NCBI GenBank assembly: GCA_016187125.1
Contig: JACPKF010000001.1
Coordinates: 169,653-233,652, forward strand
Direction: 5' to 3'
Length of the DNA: 64,000 nucleotides
DNA from: Candidatus Saccharimonadota bacterium
Lineage (GTDB): Bacteria; Patescibacteriota; Saccharimonadia; Saccharimonadales; UBA10212
In this document: positions 38,189-47,759 of the stretch, piece after piece
Layout of the letters: each line of letters starts with the position of its first letter
Position numbering within the stretch: position 1 is the stretch's first letter
Made by a program: the position numbers and the translations under genes
Notes under the pieces: generated by a model
The model's database searches: none
What the model was told of the DNA's origin: nothing
Seen by the model: the letters and a program-made list of their open reading frames with translations, nothing else

Positions 38189-38238
38189 GATAGATTATTG
38201 GCTATAAAAATTTTAGTTATAAGATAGACGTCACTGGT

Positions 38239-38955
38239 CTATATATTGCTCGCCCCAAGCAAACTGCCGATACTAAAGGTGATAATCATAGCTATTAAGC
38301 CCCCAGAGACAACTCTGGCGATGGCTGGCAAGACCGGGGCTTTGCCAACTTTAGCGCTAAGTGTACCAGTGATAATAAGAGCCATGACAACTGATGTAAA
38401 CGCTATCGGTATGCGCATATTGGCCGGCGGCACAGTAATGGCAATTAATGGAACAGCGGCTCCAGCCAAAAACGATGCGGTCGAGGCAATGGCTGCCTGC
38501 CAGGGGTTAACCAGCTCATCCGGGTCTATGCTATGCTCAGCATCGGCATGAGCCATAAAGACATCGCGGTCTGTCAGTTCGCTGGCTACCTTTTTGGCGG
38601 TGGCTTGGGTTAAGCCTTTATCCTGGTAGAGCTTTACCAGCTCATGAAGTTCATCTTTGGGATAGTTTTTGAGCTCAAATTTTTCTTGGTGCAGCAGGGC
38701 CCGCTCCGTGTCGCGTTGACTGCTAACCGACACGTACTCGCCGGCCGCCATTGATATGGCACCAGCGATCAGACCAGCTAAACCAGCGGTTAAAATAACC
38801 ACTTTGGAATCAGTAGCCCCGGCGACGCCAACCACCAGACCAGAAATAGAAACTATACCGTCATTGGCTCCCAGTACCGCGGCCCGCAGTTTGTTTAGTT
38901 TGGGGCCGATGTTTTGGCTATGGTCCTCATAGAGTTCATGTTTATTTTGAGTCAT
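38239..38955 (-). CDS. VIT1/CCC1 family Fe/Mn transporter
   Basis: 238 aa; LRAAVLGANDGIVS motif and TM architecture. Confidence 0.8.
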   Translation of the reverse strand: MTQNKHELYEDHSQNIGPKLNKLRAAVLGANDGIVSISGLVVGVAGATDSKVVILTAGLAGLIAGAISMAAGEYVSVSSQRDTERALLHQEKFELKNYPKDELHELVKLYQDKGLTQATAKKVASELTDRDVFMAHADAEHSIDPDELVNPWQAAIASTASFLAGAAVPLIAITVPPANMRIPIAFTSVVMALIITGTLSAKVGKAPVLPAIARVVSGGLIAMIITFSIGSLLGASNI

Positions 38956-39047
38956 ATTAACAACTGCCTATTTTAGAGATAGCTAATCAAGCCGTCAACA
39001 CCGACCTCGTTGAAAGATGATTAGATGCAACTACCACCTGTAGTTTT

Positions 39048-40934
39048 TTACGTGCTACCCGTCGGAACTGGTAATTTATCTGATGGTTGCTCAATAAGCA
39101 TGTTTTCAAGAGGAGCGCCTGAAGGTACCATCGGGAAAACATTATCGCCTCGATTGACTATTGCATGAACCACGACCGGCCCATCGTTATGCTCCAAAGC
39201 CTTCTTTAATCTTCGCTTGAGATGCCCGCTAGACTTAATGCGGATACCTTTCAGGCCGTAGCTTTTCGCAAGCTTTACAAAATTAGGGTTGTCGCTCATG
39301 TCGACGCCAATTTCACGGTTGCCAAGGAACATTTCTTGCCATTGACGAACTAGACCCAAGCAGCCATTGTCCAGAATGATAATTTTGATAGGTAATTTAA
39401 GTCTACGGGCGGTGGCCAGCTCGCCAAATGTCATTTGGAAACCGCCGTCGCCAACTATCGCTATAACTAGGTCTTTTGGTGCCGCAATTTGAGCGCCGAT
39501 CGCTGCTGGGACACCGTACCCCATCGTACCGGCTCTGCCGGAGGATAACCAGGCGTTCGGCCGCTTGCTTTTATAGAACTGCATGGTCCACATCTGGGCC
39601 TGACCGACATCTGTAGCTACGGTAGCGTTGCCTTCGGTTAGATTAGACACTTCATCAATGACTTGCTGCATGGTCAATCCAGTATTAGTTTCGTAGCGTT
39701 GAGAGCCTTCAGCTCTTTTTAATTGTACTAACCTGAATAACTTTTCGGTGACATCTTGCATAAATTCTTTTATAGTTTGTCTTCCGCTAACTTCATAGCT
39801 TAGGGAATAGTCTTCCTTATATTTAGCCAGCCGGGCATTCCACTCAATGTGTTTAATTGGTTCGTCGCCTTCGTCCTGCTCCATTATCTTTAGTAAAGCC
39901 TTTAAAGCTACACGGGCATCAGCTACAACTCCTTCATTAGGTTGAATAATTTTTCCAATTTGTTTTTCGTCAATATCAATATGCGCTATAAAGGCATCTT
40001 TGCCGAAAGTTTCTGGGTGACTAACAATTCGGTCATCAGCGCTCGAGCCTACCATGAAAATAAAATCAGCTTCAATCAGAGCCTTATTTGCAGGAACTAG
40101 TCCGTGCATCCCTGGCGCGCCAAGATACAACGGATCGTCTTCTGGAATAGTGCCTTTAGCCAGCAAAGTAGGGGTAATAGGTGTATCTTCCTGCTTAGCT
40201 AGGGCTATTAACTCTTTTTCCGCCTTTGCAATACGCACACCACGACCGGCTAATATAACTGGGTCCTCGGCTGTCCGCCAAGCTTTGGCAATTCGCTCCA
40301 GCCCTCCTAGAGCAATATCATCTAATTCAATAGCCTCGCTTATTACCTCTGGCTCTGCTGGCGAAGACAGTACACCCGTGAATTCATTTGAGGCAATATC
40401 TTTTGGTATGTCAAGCCAAACCGGCCTCGGCCGGCCGGAGTTAGCAACCTGAAAAGCATTATTAACAGCTCGTGGTATATCGTTAGTGTCTTTGACCATT
40501 TCGCTATGCTTGGTAACCGGTCTAGACATTGTCTCGATATCAACTTCTTGGAAGGCATCTTTCCCTATCATGCGCCTGGGTACTTGACCAGAAATTATTA
40601 ACAGTGGCACATTATCCGCACTAGAATTCAATGCTCCGGTCAAAGCATTGGTGGCACCAGGACCACTCGTAACCAGCACAACCCCAGGTTTACCGCTGAT
40701 ACGCGCGTAACCGTCGGCCATTAGAGTCGCGCTGCGCTCATCGCGGGTCATAATAAATTGGATGCCTTCGCCTTCCGTCACAAAGGCATCGGAAATTGGT
40801 AGTTCGGCCCCGCCGGTATATCCAAAAACATACTCCACGCCATTAAGCTGAAGACTGCGTACTAAAGCTTCACCGCCTGTAAGAGATTCTTTAAAGAATT
40901 CTTGTTCAATTGGTTTTTTGTAGGTTTCTATCAT
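39048..40934 (-). CDS. Thiamine-pyrophosphate enzyme, acetolactate synthase large-subunit-like
   Basis: 628 aa; N-terminal TPP-pyrimidine domain, central FAD-like domain, C-terminal GDGGFQM TPP-binding motif; no ilvN/ilvC nearby. Confidence 0.8.
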   Translation of the reverse strand: MIETYKKPIEQEFFKESLTGGEALVRSLQLNGVEYVFGYTGGAELPISDAFVTEGEGIQFIMTRDERSATLMADGYARISGKPGVVLVTSGPGATNALTGALNSSADNVPLLIISGQVPRRMIGKDAFQEVDIETMSRPVTKHSEMVKDTNDIPRAVNNAFQVANSGRPRPVWLDIPKDIASNEFTGVLSSPAEPEVISEAIELDDIALGGLERIAKAWRTAEDPVILAGRGVRIAKAEKELIALAKQEDTPITPTLLAKGTIPEDDPLYLGAPGMHGLVPANKALIEADFIFMVGSSADDRIVSHPETFGKDAFIAHIDIDEKQIGKIIQPNEGVVADARVALKALLKIMEQDEGDEPIKHIEWNARLAKYKEDYSLSYEVSGRQTIKEFMQDVTEKLFRLVQLKRAEGSQRYETNTGLTMQQVIDEVSNLTEGNATVATDVGQAQMWTMQFYKSKRPNAWLSSGRAGTMGYGVPAAIGAQIAAPKDLVIAIVGDGGFQMTFGELATARRLKLPIKIIILDNGCLGLVRQWQEMFLGNREIGVDMSDNPNFVKLAKSYGLKGIRIKSSGHLKRRLKKALEHNDGPVVVHAIVNRGDNVFPMVPSGAPLENMLIEQPSDKLPVPTGST

Positions 40935-41384
40935 TTATAACTCATAGATATTAATGTTTGCATATAAAAACTCCCACTTGGCGCGGGAGCTATTTTTTCG
41001 TTTGTTATATGCAAAAAACTACCCGCTAGGCTGGGTTAATAATGATTACCTCACTAATTAGTTGGTTGCACATGTGTAACATGGTGGCATATGGCCAAAA
41101 GCCTGTCAAGAAATTATTGGCCTGACTCTCAAAACCTGACTTAACTTATTAGACAATATTTTGTCCGTTTGCAAGAACCGTCCTTGCAAACACTTGCAAA
41201 CACCGTAAAACAGCTATTGGACCATGTACTTTGCAGAGGCTTTGAGAGTCAGATATTCTTGGCTTTCAAGGTCGGTAGAATTACGCGGCCGCGGAAACTG
41301 CTTGTTCGCCAAACTTACTTCCTTGCCATTCAGCGGAAGAGGGGTTCCAACCCCAATAGCTCCAGACGGTTTTCGTCAGATCAA

Positions 41385-42125
41385 CTATTGCGCGACAGCT
41401 GGGGCGTCTTTAGTGGGCGAAGGCAAACTGATAGTAACCGATCCGTATGTAACGGTCATTTCGGCGTTGGAGCCAGCCTTGCTGTCGTTAACGCTGACGC
41501 GTCGCAGCAGATAATTTTTTGTATCAAACCACAGATAGTCTGTCTCGGTAGGCTTTTGGGGGTCACTCTCTTGGTATTTGTAACAAGTCAGCTTGTCGCA
41601 CTTTTCGGTCCCAAGGTTTTTGTAAGTCAGTTGCTCGCCCTTGTCATTTTTAAAGTCTGATTTGAGGAACTCTTTTTTTAGATCCAAGGCCTGAGGCGCG
41701 TTTTTATCGGCAGACGCATATTTGAACCACTTACCGTCAGTGTAATCTTTAGAGTAAGTAATGCCGCTATAGACAATAACGTTGGCTTGCTCTTGGCTGT
41801 TTAACTTAAGGACCATTGAGATGTTATTTTTGCTGTCATAGGCCAAATCGTAACTAGCCGACTGACCAGTTTTATCGATGGCAGTGACAGCTGCTTTATA
41901 GTTGGTGACGCTAGCAAAGGCACCGGCAAATTTACAAAACTGTTTGTCGTTAACCGCAGCTGTGCATTTGTCTTGGGTAACTTTGCTAATGCCTGTTGAT
42001 GGCGTAGAGCTATTGCTTTGTACTTTCCAGCCAACTACCCCCACCACGGCTATAACTGCTGCCAGTAGTAATGCTAATTGGATGTGAGCTAAACCGTTCA
42101 TATTCTTTTGGAGATTTTTGATCAT
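41385..42125 (-). CDS. Membrane-anchored/secreted hypothetical protein
   Basis: N-terminal hydrophobic anchor (LALLLAAVIAVVGVVGW), Ser/Thr-rich linker. Confidence 0.5.
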   Translation of the reverse strand: MIKNLQKNMNGLAHIQLALLLAAVIAVVGVVGWKVQSNSSTPSTGISKVTQDKCTAAVNDKQFCKFAGAFASVTNYKAAVTAIDKTGQSASYDLAYDSKNNISMVLKLNSQEQANVIVYSGITYSKDYTDGKWFKYASADKNAPQALDLKKEFLKSDFKNDKGEQLTYKNLGTEKCDKLTCYKYQESDPQKPTETDYLWFDTKNYLLRRVSVNDSKAGSNAEMTVTYGSVTISLPSPTKDAPAVAQ

Positions 42126-42255
42126 AATTGTTTCCCGCTTATGCTTAGTGATATTAAGTTCATAGTAGTGCTGTTAAATTTACTTGTCAATTAAGATAGC
42201 GGTTACTTGTATGGATTTAGTGCACCAGTGCCAAGGGCGTTATAATCACTTTTAG

Positions 42256-42308
42256 AGCTCAATCTGGCTGAGCATATGGGTCTAGCACCGACCCACTTTC
42301 CTAGACTT
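42256..42308. repeat. Copy 1 of an approximately 50-nt repeat family (GGCTGAGCAnnTGGGTCTAGyACCrACCsACTTTCCTAGACTTT)
   Basis: Near-identical to 46166-46218; partial copies at 44549-44580 and 46240-46262; contains a short hairpin. Confidence 0.75.
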
Positions 42309-42406
42309 TTGCGACATGTAGTACTTCAAGTTATCGAGATCAAGGTTAAGGATTTTTTGCCGTTTTAGATTGTTCTTTCTAAATTTGTCATACTAGAGCA
42401 AGGCGG

Positions 42407-43711
42407 GTGGATGTTTTGAAGCGCGCCCCTATTTATCCTCGCACTCAACCAAGCAGAATGATGATGGTAAAAATGTTAAAGAAAATAGATTTATGGCCAA
42501 GGAGTATTGAAGGCTATCGCTCAATAATGGATGCTGGGCTCTTAAACGAGATCTATAGTTCGGCTGGTCAGCTTAAAGGTAAACGAGTATTACACATTAA
42601 CTCCACGCCTAACCGCGGCGGCGTGGCTGAGATATTAGCCAATTTAATACCGTTGCTTAAAGGTTTAGGTATTGATGCGGAGTGGTATTCACTGCACAAT
42701 GTCCCAAGTAACTTTTATAGGGTTACTAAAGCTATTCATAATGGCTTGCAGGGCCATCCCCGTCCCCTGCCCCAAAGTGATTGGAAAGTTTACGAAGATT
42801 TTAACCGTAAATTGGCCAAGCAGTTGGATCCTCAAAATTGGGACTTTATTTTCATACAAGACCACCAACTAACTGCGGCCCTGTCATTTTTACCCAGTAA
42901 GGGAAAGTCCAAGTGGCTTTGGCGATCCCACACTGATTCCATAAATACCAAGCCCGAGTATCAACAGCGCTTCTTAGAGTATTTGCAGCCCTACGACGGC
43001 GCAATATTCACCATGCGTGAATATGTGTTTAAAGATTCCCACCTTAAGCATCTCATGATTTCGCCGCCGGCAATTGAGGGCTTAAACCCAAAAAATCTGC
43101 CAATGAGCAAAATCGAAGCCCGGCGTATTATTGGTAAGTTTGGAATTGATACCAGCTGTCCGCTTATTACCCAGATATCCCGTTTTGACCCTTGGAAAGA
43201 CTTGCCTGGAGTAGTTGAAGCCTGGAAACTAGCTAAAGCTAAGGTGCCTAAGATCCAGTTAGCCATAGTTGGCAACTTTACGGTTGACGACTTGCAAGCT
43301 AAAATGATCCTCTCGCAGGTACGCAAAGCGGCAAGCGGGCTTCCGGACGTACATATTATTACCAACCAGGCTGGTCCTCGGGCGATTAAAGCCTTCCAGA
43401 CGGCCAGTGACATTATCTTGCAAAAATCTATACGCGAGGGCTTTGGACTAACAGTCTCAGAAGCCATGTGGTCAAAAACTCCTGTTATTGGCGGTAACGT
43501 TGGCGGGATTATCCTGCAAATTATTCATAACAAAAATGGCTACTTAGTTAACGACGTTGAAGATTGTGCTAAGCGTATTGTTGAATTAATCCAAGACCTG
43601 CGCAAGCGTCGCAATATGGGTAAGGCTGGGCAAAGGCACGTCCGCGAAAATTTTCTACTACCCCGTTTAGTCCGCGATGAGCTAAAGTTTATGCTGGAAG
43701 TTAGTTCTTAA
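42407..43711 (+). CDS. GT4 family glycosyltransferase (sucrose-phosphate-synthase/trehalose-synthase-like)
   Basis: 434 aa; GT-B fold with C-terminal EGFGLTVSEAM motif typical of GT4. Confidence 0.75.
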   Translation: MDVLKRAPIYPRTQPSRMMMVKMLKKIDLWPRSIEGYRSIMDAGLLNEIYSSAGQLKGKRVLHINSTPNRGGVAEILANLIPLLKGLGIDAEWYSLHNVPSNFYRVTKAIHNGLQGHPRPLPQSDWKVYEDFNRKLAKQLDPQNWDFIFIQDHQLTAALSFLPSKGKSKWLWRSHTDSINTKPEYQQRFLEYLQPYDGAIFTMREYVFKDSHLKHLMISPPAIEGLNPKNLPMSKIEARRIIGKFGIDTSCPLITQISRFDPWKDLPGVVEAWKLAKAKVPKIQLAIVGNFTVDDLQAKMILSQVRKAASGLPDVHIITNQAGPRAIKAFQTASDIILQKSIREGFGLTVSEAMWSKTPVIGGNVGGIILQIIHNKNGYLVNDVEDCAKRIVELIQDLRKRRNMGKAGQRHVRENFLLPRLVRDELKFMLEVSS

Positions 43712-44508
43712 CCAGCCTTAGACAGATTAGCTAAACATTCTATAAAGCCACTCGGATCATTTATTCGGTATCTGGCGTCAGTTGAGTCTGGCCCTACTTT
43801 TATGCTAATTGCGTCCGGCGGCAAGACTTTGAACATTTCTTCATCGCTAGTACTGTCACCGGCGCACAGTATAAAATCGTATCTGTCTCGTTTCAACCAC
43901 TCATGCACCACCTGACCTTTATCGATTCCGGCCTGTTTCACTTCAACCACCATTTCCCTTTCGTCACGACGCACTTCCAAACTAAGAGACCCAATAACCG
44001 GCAGAAGATTCTCAGCCAATAGCTTAGCTTCGGTCTTAGCAAATTTTTGATCCGACGAAAGCCGATAATGAAAAACGATTGCCGTCTCTTTTTCTTCAAC
44101 CTGCGAGCCTGAAATAATTGATACTGCACTATTAAGGATTGGCTTTATGGCTTCTTTCCATTGGCCGTGGTTCTTGAATGCAGACTGCCAGCCCGTTTCA
44201 CTCTTATTAAACGCGCCGTGTTCGGCGACTAGTCCAAAAGGCAAGTGGCCAAGCCAATTCTCGAGCGTGGAGCGATCACGCCCGCTTATGACCACAACTG
44301 TATTTTTCGGGTCTTTACTCAATAAATCCAGGCAAGCTAGAACCCGAGGCGAAGGCTTGGCTTTATGCGGCATTAGGGCTAATGCTACCAGCGTGCCGTC
44401 ATAATCAAGCAACAATAGTCGCTTAGCCGCCTGTTGATAGGCTGCCGTGATCTCTAGGGGTTGCCGTTTTCGAGCTAGCACCAAAGGTTGACTCGATTGT
44501 TTAACCAT
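43708..44508 (-). CDS. HAD-IIB sugar-phosphate phosphatase (trehalose-6-P / sucrose-P / mannosyl-3-phosphoglycerate phosphatase-like)
   Basis: LLLDYDGTLV motif, GDSTSDEEMF motif. Confidence 0.75.
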   Translation of the reverse strand: MVKQSSQPLVLARKRQPLEITAAYQQAAKRLLLLDYDGTLVALALMPHKAKPSPRVLACLDLLSKDPKNTVVVISGRDRSTLENWLGHLPFGLVAEHGAFNKSETGWQSAFKNHGQWKEAIKPILNSAVSIISGSQVEEKETAIVFHYRLSSDQKFAKTEAKLLAENLLPVIGSLSLEVRRDEREMVVEVKQAGIDKGQVVHEWLKRDRYDFILCAGDSTSDEEMFKVLPPDAISIKVGPDSTDARYRINDPSGFIECLANLSKAG

Positions 44509-44548
44509 TACTCCTTACTACTATACTAGTATCTTGGAGCGCTGTAAT

Positions 44549-44580
44549 CGTGTCTTGAGCATATGGGTCTTGAACCTCCC
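44549..44580. repeat. Partial copy of the repeat family in the divergent phosphatase/hydrolase intergenic region
   Basis: TTGAGCATATGGGTCTTGAACCTCCCATAT. Confidence 0.6.
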
Positions 44581-44773
44581 ATATACAAAATCTCTAATAG
44601 AAACAGTCGGTTTATGTACGCACTCGTCCGGTTTAATATGTTACAAACGTATCGCCTTGGCAAATATAGGTATGAGTCTGAGGATCAAGCCTCACAGGTG
44701 ATTCAATGCTATCTTTTTTTAGTCAAGATAGTGCCGCTTACTGACCAGCTGGATTGAACCAGTTGCTCCGCGT

Positions 44774-46096
44774 TTGGTACGTACCAAAGTTCTTTTGGTT
44801 GATTATCACTTCCCATTGATCAGACTGCAGCATTACTTGGACGGGCAAAGAATCCAAAGCCAAGCTATAATATCGTTAATGAATAAAGCCTTAGCTCAGC
44901 GAATTCAAAAGCTGATGATCCAAAACCGCCGGCAATCCAAAGAATTAACTTATACTCTACCATCCCCCGACTCTTATCCTTATCAATGGTTGTGGGATTC
45001 TTGCTTTCACGCTATTATCCTTAGTCATTTTGATATCCCTACAGCTAAGGCCGAGTTGCTCAGTCTGTCTCACCATCAATTTTCTAATGGTATGTTGCCG
45101 CACATGGTCTATTGGAAATCTACCAACGGTAACTCATTCCCGCAAATAAGATGGGGCCGCAGACGAACGAGTAGTATTACTCAGCCACCTATGCTAGCTT
45201 ACGCTGCCTGGCAAATACACTGCCTATCACCCGACCTCGAGTTTCTAAAGTCAATGCTGGGAACAATTGATCGTTTTCACCATTATTTGCTCAAGTACCG
45301 GGATCCTCGGCATCACCATTTAGTTGGTCTAATTCATCCAGACGAATCAGGAGAGGACAATTCGCCGCGTTTTGACAGCGCCTTGACTATGGTTGCCAGA
45401 CAGAATATTGATGAAAATTTCCAGCGCCGTAAAGTTTTAATTGAGCGCTTTCGTAACTACAATTTTGCTATAAAAAATCGCATGGACCGTCGGCACTGGG
45501 TGCGCGATGTTCCTTTCAATGCTATTTTAGTCCGTAATCTAGGGGCTCAAGCCAACATCGCCCAAGCCCTGGGCGACTATGATCAGGCTACATGGGCCCG
45601 GCATCAGGCCCAAGTCGTTAAAGCTGCCATGCGCGCTATTATGCTGGACAGCGATGGTGTTATGTATTCCACTATGGGGCGAAATTATCAGCCCATCAAG
45701 CTTAAAACTTGGGCTATCTTTTCGCCGCTTTTTGCCAAAGTTCTAACCAAGTCCGAGGCCGAAAATCTGGTCCATGATCATTTAGAAAATGAATCCGAAT
45801 TTGCCACGTCCTACTGCGTGCCAACAGTAGCTCTTAACGAATCATCATTTGACCCCGAGGGTTTTTGGCGCGGGCCTATATGGATGGCGATTAATTGGTT
45901 TATCGTCAAAGGTTTGCAGGAGTACGGCTTTGACGCCCAGGCTAAAAGAATTATCAATCAAAGTCTTCGACTATTAAGAAAATCAGGCTTTCGTGAGCAG
46001 TTTAACCCATTAACTGGGGAAGGCTACGGAGCCCACAACTTTACATGGGGTTGCATGGTGATGGACATGCTCGAACCAGTTGACATGCAAAAATAA
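44774..46096 (+). CDS. GH63-like (alpha/alpha)6-barrel glycoside hydrolase (glucosylglycerate/mannosylglycerate hydrolase or neutral-invertase-like)
   Basis: PYQWLWDSCFHAIIL and GFWRGPIWMAINWF motifs characteristic of the MGH/GH63 clan; true start may be internal. Confidence 0.65.
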   Translation: MVRTKVLLVDYHFPLIRLQHYLDGQRIQSQAIISLMNKALAQRIQKLMIQNRRQSKELTYTLPSPDSYPYQWLWDSCFHAIILSHFDIPTAKAELLSLSHHQFSNGMLPHMVYWKSTNGNSFPQIRWGRRRTSSITQPPMLAYAAWQIHCLSPDLEFLKSMLGTIDRFHHYLLKYRDPRHHHLVGLIHPDESGEDNSPRFDSALTMVARQNIDENFQRRKVLIERFRNYNFAIKNRMDRRHWVRDVPFNAILVRNLGAQANIAQALGDYDQATWARHQAQVVKAAMRAIMLDSDGVMYSTMGRNYQPIKLKTWAIFSPLFAKVLTKSEAENLVHDHLENESEFATSYCVPTVALNESSFDPEGFWRGPIWMAINWFIVKGLQEYGFDAQAKRIINQSLRLLRKSGFREQFNPLTGEGYGAHNFTWGCMVMDMLEPVDMQK

Positions 46097-46165
46097 TTTG
46101 GCCGGCCAAAATAGCCTTAATAACTTCAAGCAGATTTAATTACTTACGGTCACTTTAATCCAATA

Positions 46166-46218
46166 CATGGCTGAGCAGCTGGGTCTAGTACCAGACCGAC
46201 TTTCCTAGACTTTCGGGG
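46166..46218. repeat. Copy 3 of the repeat family, between convergent gene ends
   Basis: GGCTGAGCAGCTGGGTCTAGTACCAGACCGACTTTCCTAGACTTTCGGGG; a partial fourth copy at 46240-46262 overlaps the stop of ORF 46254-46859. Confidence 0.75.
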
Positions 46219-46253
46219 CACACATGGTGTCTCAAATCATTGAGCATTGGGGT

Positions 46254-46859
46254 CTAGCCCTTCTTCTGGATTAAACCTTGTACGACTCCGCTAACCAGCC
46301 CTCCTGCAATCGCAGCAATCGTAGGATTCTTTGAAGCTTCTCTCAAGTTGCGTAGCAAACTTTTCTTTTCTTTACTTTCTGGAAGCTTTTCTGCTTCTTC
46401 AACGAGCGCTGTAATAAATTCACTTATCTTTATATGGCTTAATGGGCTGTTGTCTCCAAGCGTTGCATTACCGTAGACGGTTATATTAGCCTTATGGAAA
46501 CGTTCTTGGACCGCCTCCCTAGCTTCTTTCATTTCCTCACTTGATCCATTAGTAACCTCATCCAAGCTGCTGAAGTCATACCTTTGCCATTCCGCAACCT
46601 TTTGCCTGACAAAATTGTCGATTTCGTAAGCTGCGCTTTTTCTTTTTTCGCGCGATTCATCAGGGGTAATAGTTTTACGAAGCCGGCTAAATTCCTGAAA
46701 ATCCCCTTCGTCTAAATTTTTAAGAACTGCCGCCGTATTGGCTAACCAGTCTTTTGTTGTTCTATGTCTGGGGTAAGTGTATAAAAGGTCAACATTTAGA
46801 TCTTTTTGAAAACTTGCCAGCTCTTCGACAAATTTAAGTTTTCGTTCAGATAGCTTCAT
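46254..46859 (-). CDS. Hypothetical protein, 201 aa
   Basis: Uninterrupted ORF; charged, helical-looking; no family recognised. Confidence 0.45.
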   Translation of the reverse strand: MKLSERKLKFVEELASFQKDLNVDLLYTYPRHRTTKDWLANTAAVLKNLDEGDFQEFSRLRKTITPDESREKRKSAAYEIDNFVRQKVAEWQRYDFSSLDEVTNGSSEEMKEAREAVQERFHKANITVYGNATLGDNSPLSHIKISEFITALVEEAEKLPESKEKKSLLRNLREASKNPTIAAIAGGLVSGVVQGLIQKKG

Positions 46860-46906
46860 TTTACTCCTTCTAATTTAGAGAGTGAGGTCTCCTTTGGTGC
46901 ACTACT

Positions 46907-46980
46907 TGGCTGGGGAGGAGGGATTCGAACCCCCGATCCTGGGACCAGAACCCAGTGCCTTACCACTTGGCCACTCCCCA
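46907..46980 (-). tRNA. tRNA-Gln (anticodon CUG), CCA encoded
   Basis: Reverse complement TGGGGAGTGGCCAAGTGGTAAGGCACTGGGTTCTGGTCCCAGGATCGGGGGTTCGAATCCCTCCTCCCCAGCCA folds as a cloverleaf and closely parallels E. coli tRNA-Gln (UGGGG...CCCCAGCCA). Confidence 0.85.
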
Positions 46981-47257
46981 TTAGCGTCCTATTTACCCCA
47001 TAGGCAGCTTCACTGTCCTTTGGGGCCTTTAGACGATCCCGGAATACGTATTTATTTTCCCATATACAATCTGCCAGGCCAAGACGCTGTTTGCTTGGCA
47101 GATTGAGAGAAGTAGTTGACTATGAAGTGAAATCTAGAGTTATGAACTATGGTTATTAATTTTATGATGAGCTAAAAGGTCGTATTTCGATGAGGCCATT
47201 TCTTAGTAACTTCCTCAAGTTATATCTTATCGATCAAAACTACTATAATAAAGTCTA

Positions 47258-47758
47258 GTGAAACAAATTAAACGAGAATACCTGCGCAGTACGCTTTTTG
47301 GCGTAGAAGACAGCCTGGTCTCGACAACCGGTTTGATAGCTGGCCTAAGCGTCGGGGCCAACAGTAATCGCATTGTTATTCTTGGTGGGGTTGTAGCGAT
47401 TGTCATCGAAGCTGTATCTATGGGTGCCGGCGAATATTTAAGTGACGACGCCGTAAAAGAATTGGACAAAATAGATCGTAACCCCGAGAGCGCTTCCGTT
47501 AGCGGCCTGTTGATGTTCTCGTCATACTTACTGGCAGGCTTAATTCCTCTTACACCAATACTGATTCTGGATTATCCTACCTCTCTAATCACCAGCGTAT
47601 TAGCTGCTCTTGCTGCTCTATTCTTATTGGGGTACGTTAAAGGTCGTATTCTTCGAGTTAGTGCTTTCAAAGGCGGCCTGAAAATTTTGATTATCGGGGG
47701 GTTGGCTACAGCTTTGGGTATTATTGTAGGTTTCCTATTTAAAATACAAAATCTATAG
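47258..47758 (+). CDS. VIT/CCC1-family membrane protein (short)
   Basis: EDSLVSTTGLIAGLSVGANS... motif, multiple TM segments. Confidence 0.65.
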   Translation: MKQIKREYLRSTLFGVEDSLVSTTGLIAGLSVGANSNRIVILGGVVAIVIEAVSMGAGEYLSDDAVKELDKIDRNPESASVSGLLMFSSYLLAGLIPLTPILILDYPTSLITSVLAALAALFLLGYVKGRILRVSAFKGGLKILIIGGLATALGIIVGFLFKIQNL

Positions 47759-47759
47759 T

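Noticed and set aside
41169-41660. Plus-strand ORFs 41169-41660 and 41224-41514 as genes
   Set aside because: They overlap the 3' end of the minus-strand secreted-protein gene and an intergenic region. Their composition is low-complexity and they have no family resemblance, so they are probably spurious.
46907-46980. tRNA-Gln as the attachment site of an adjacent island with a duplicated tRNA 3' end
   Set aside because: No second copy of the tRNA 3' segment (GGTTCGAATCCCTCCTCCCCA) was found within the window. An island cannot be supported from this sequence alone.
46882-47106. ORF 46882-47106 (74 aa)
   Set aside because: It lies antisense across the tRNA-Gln gene and is a spurious ORF.
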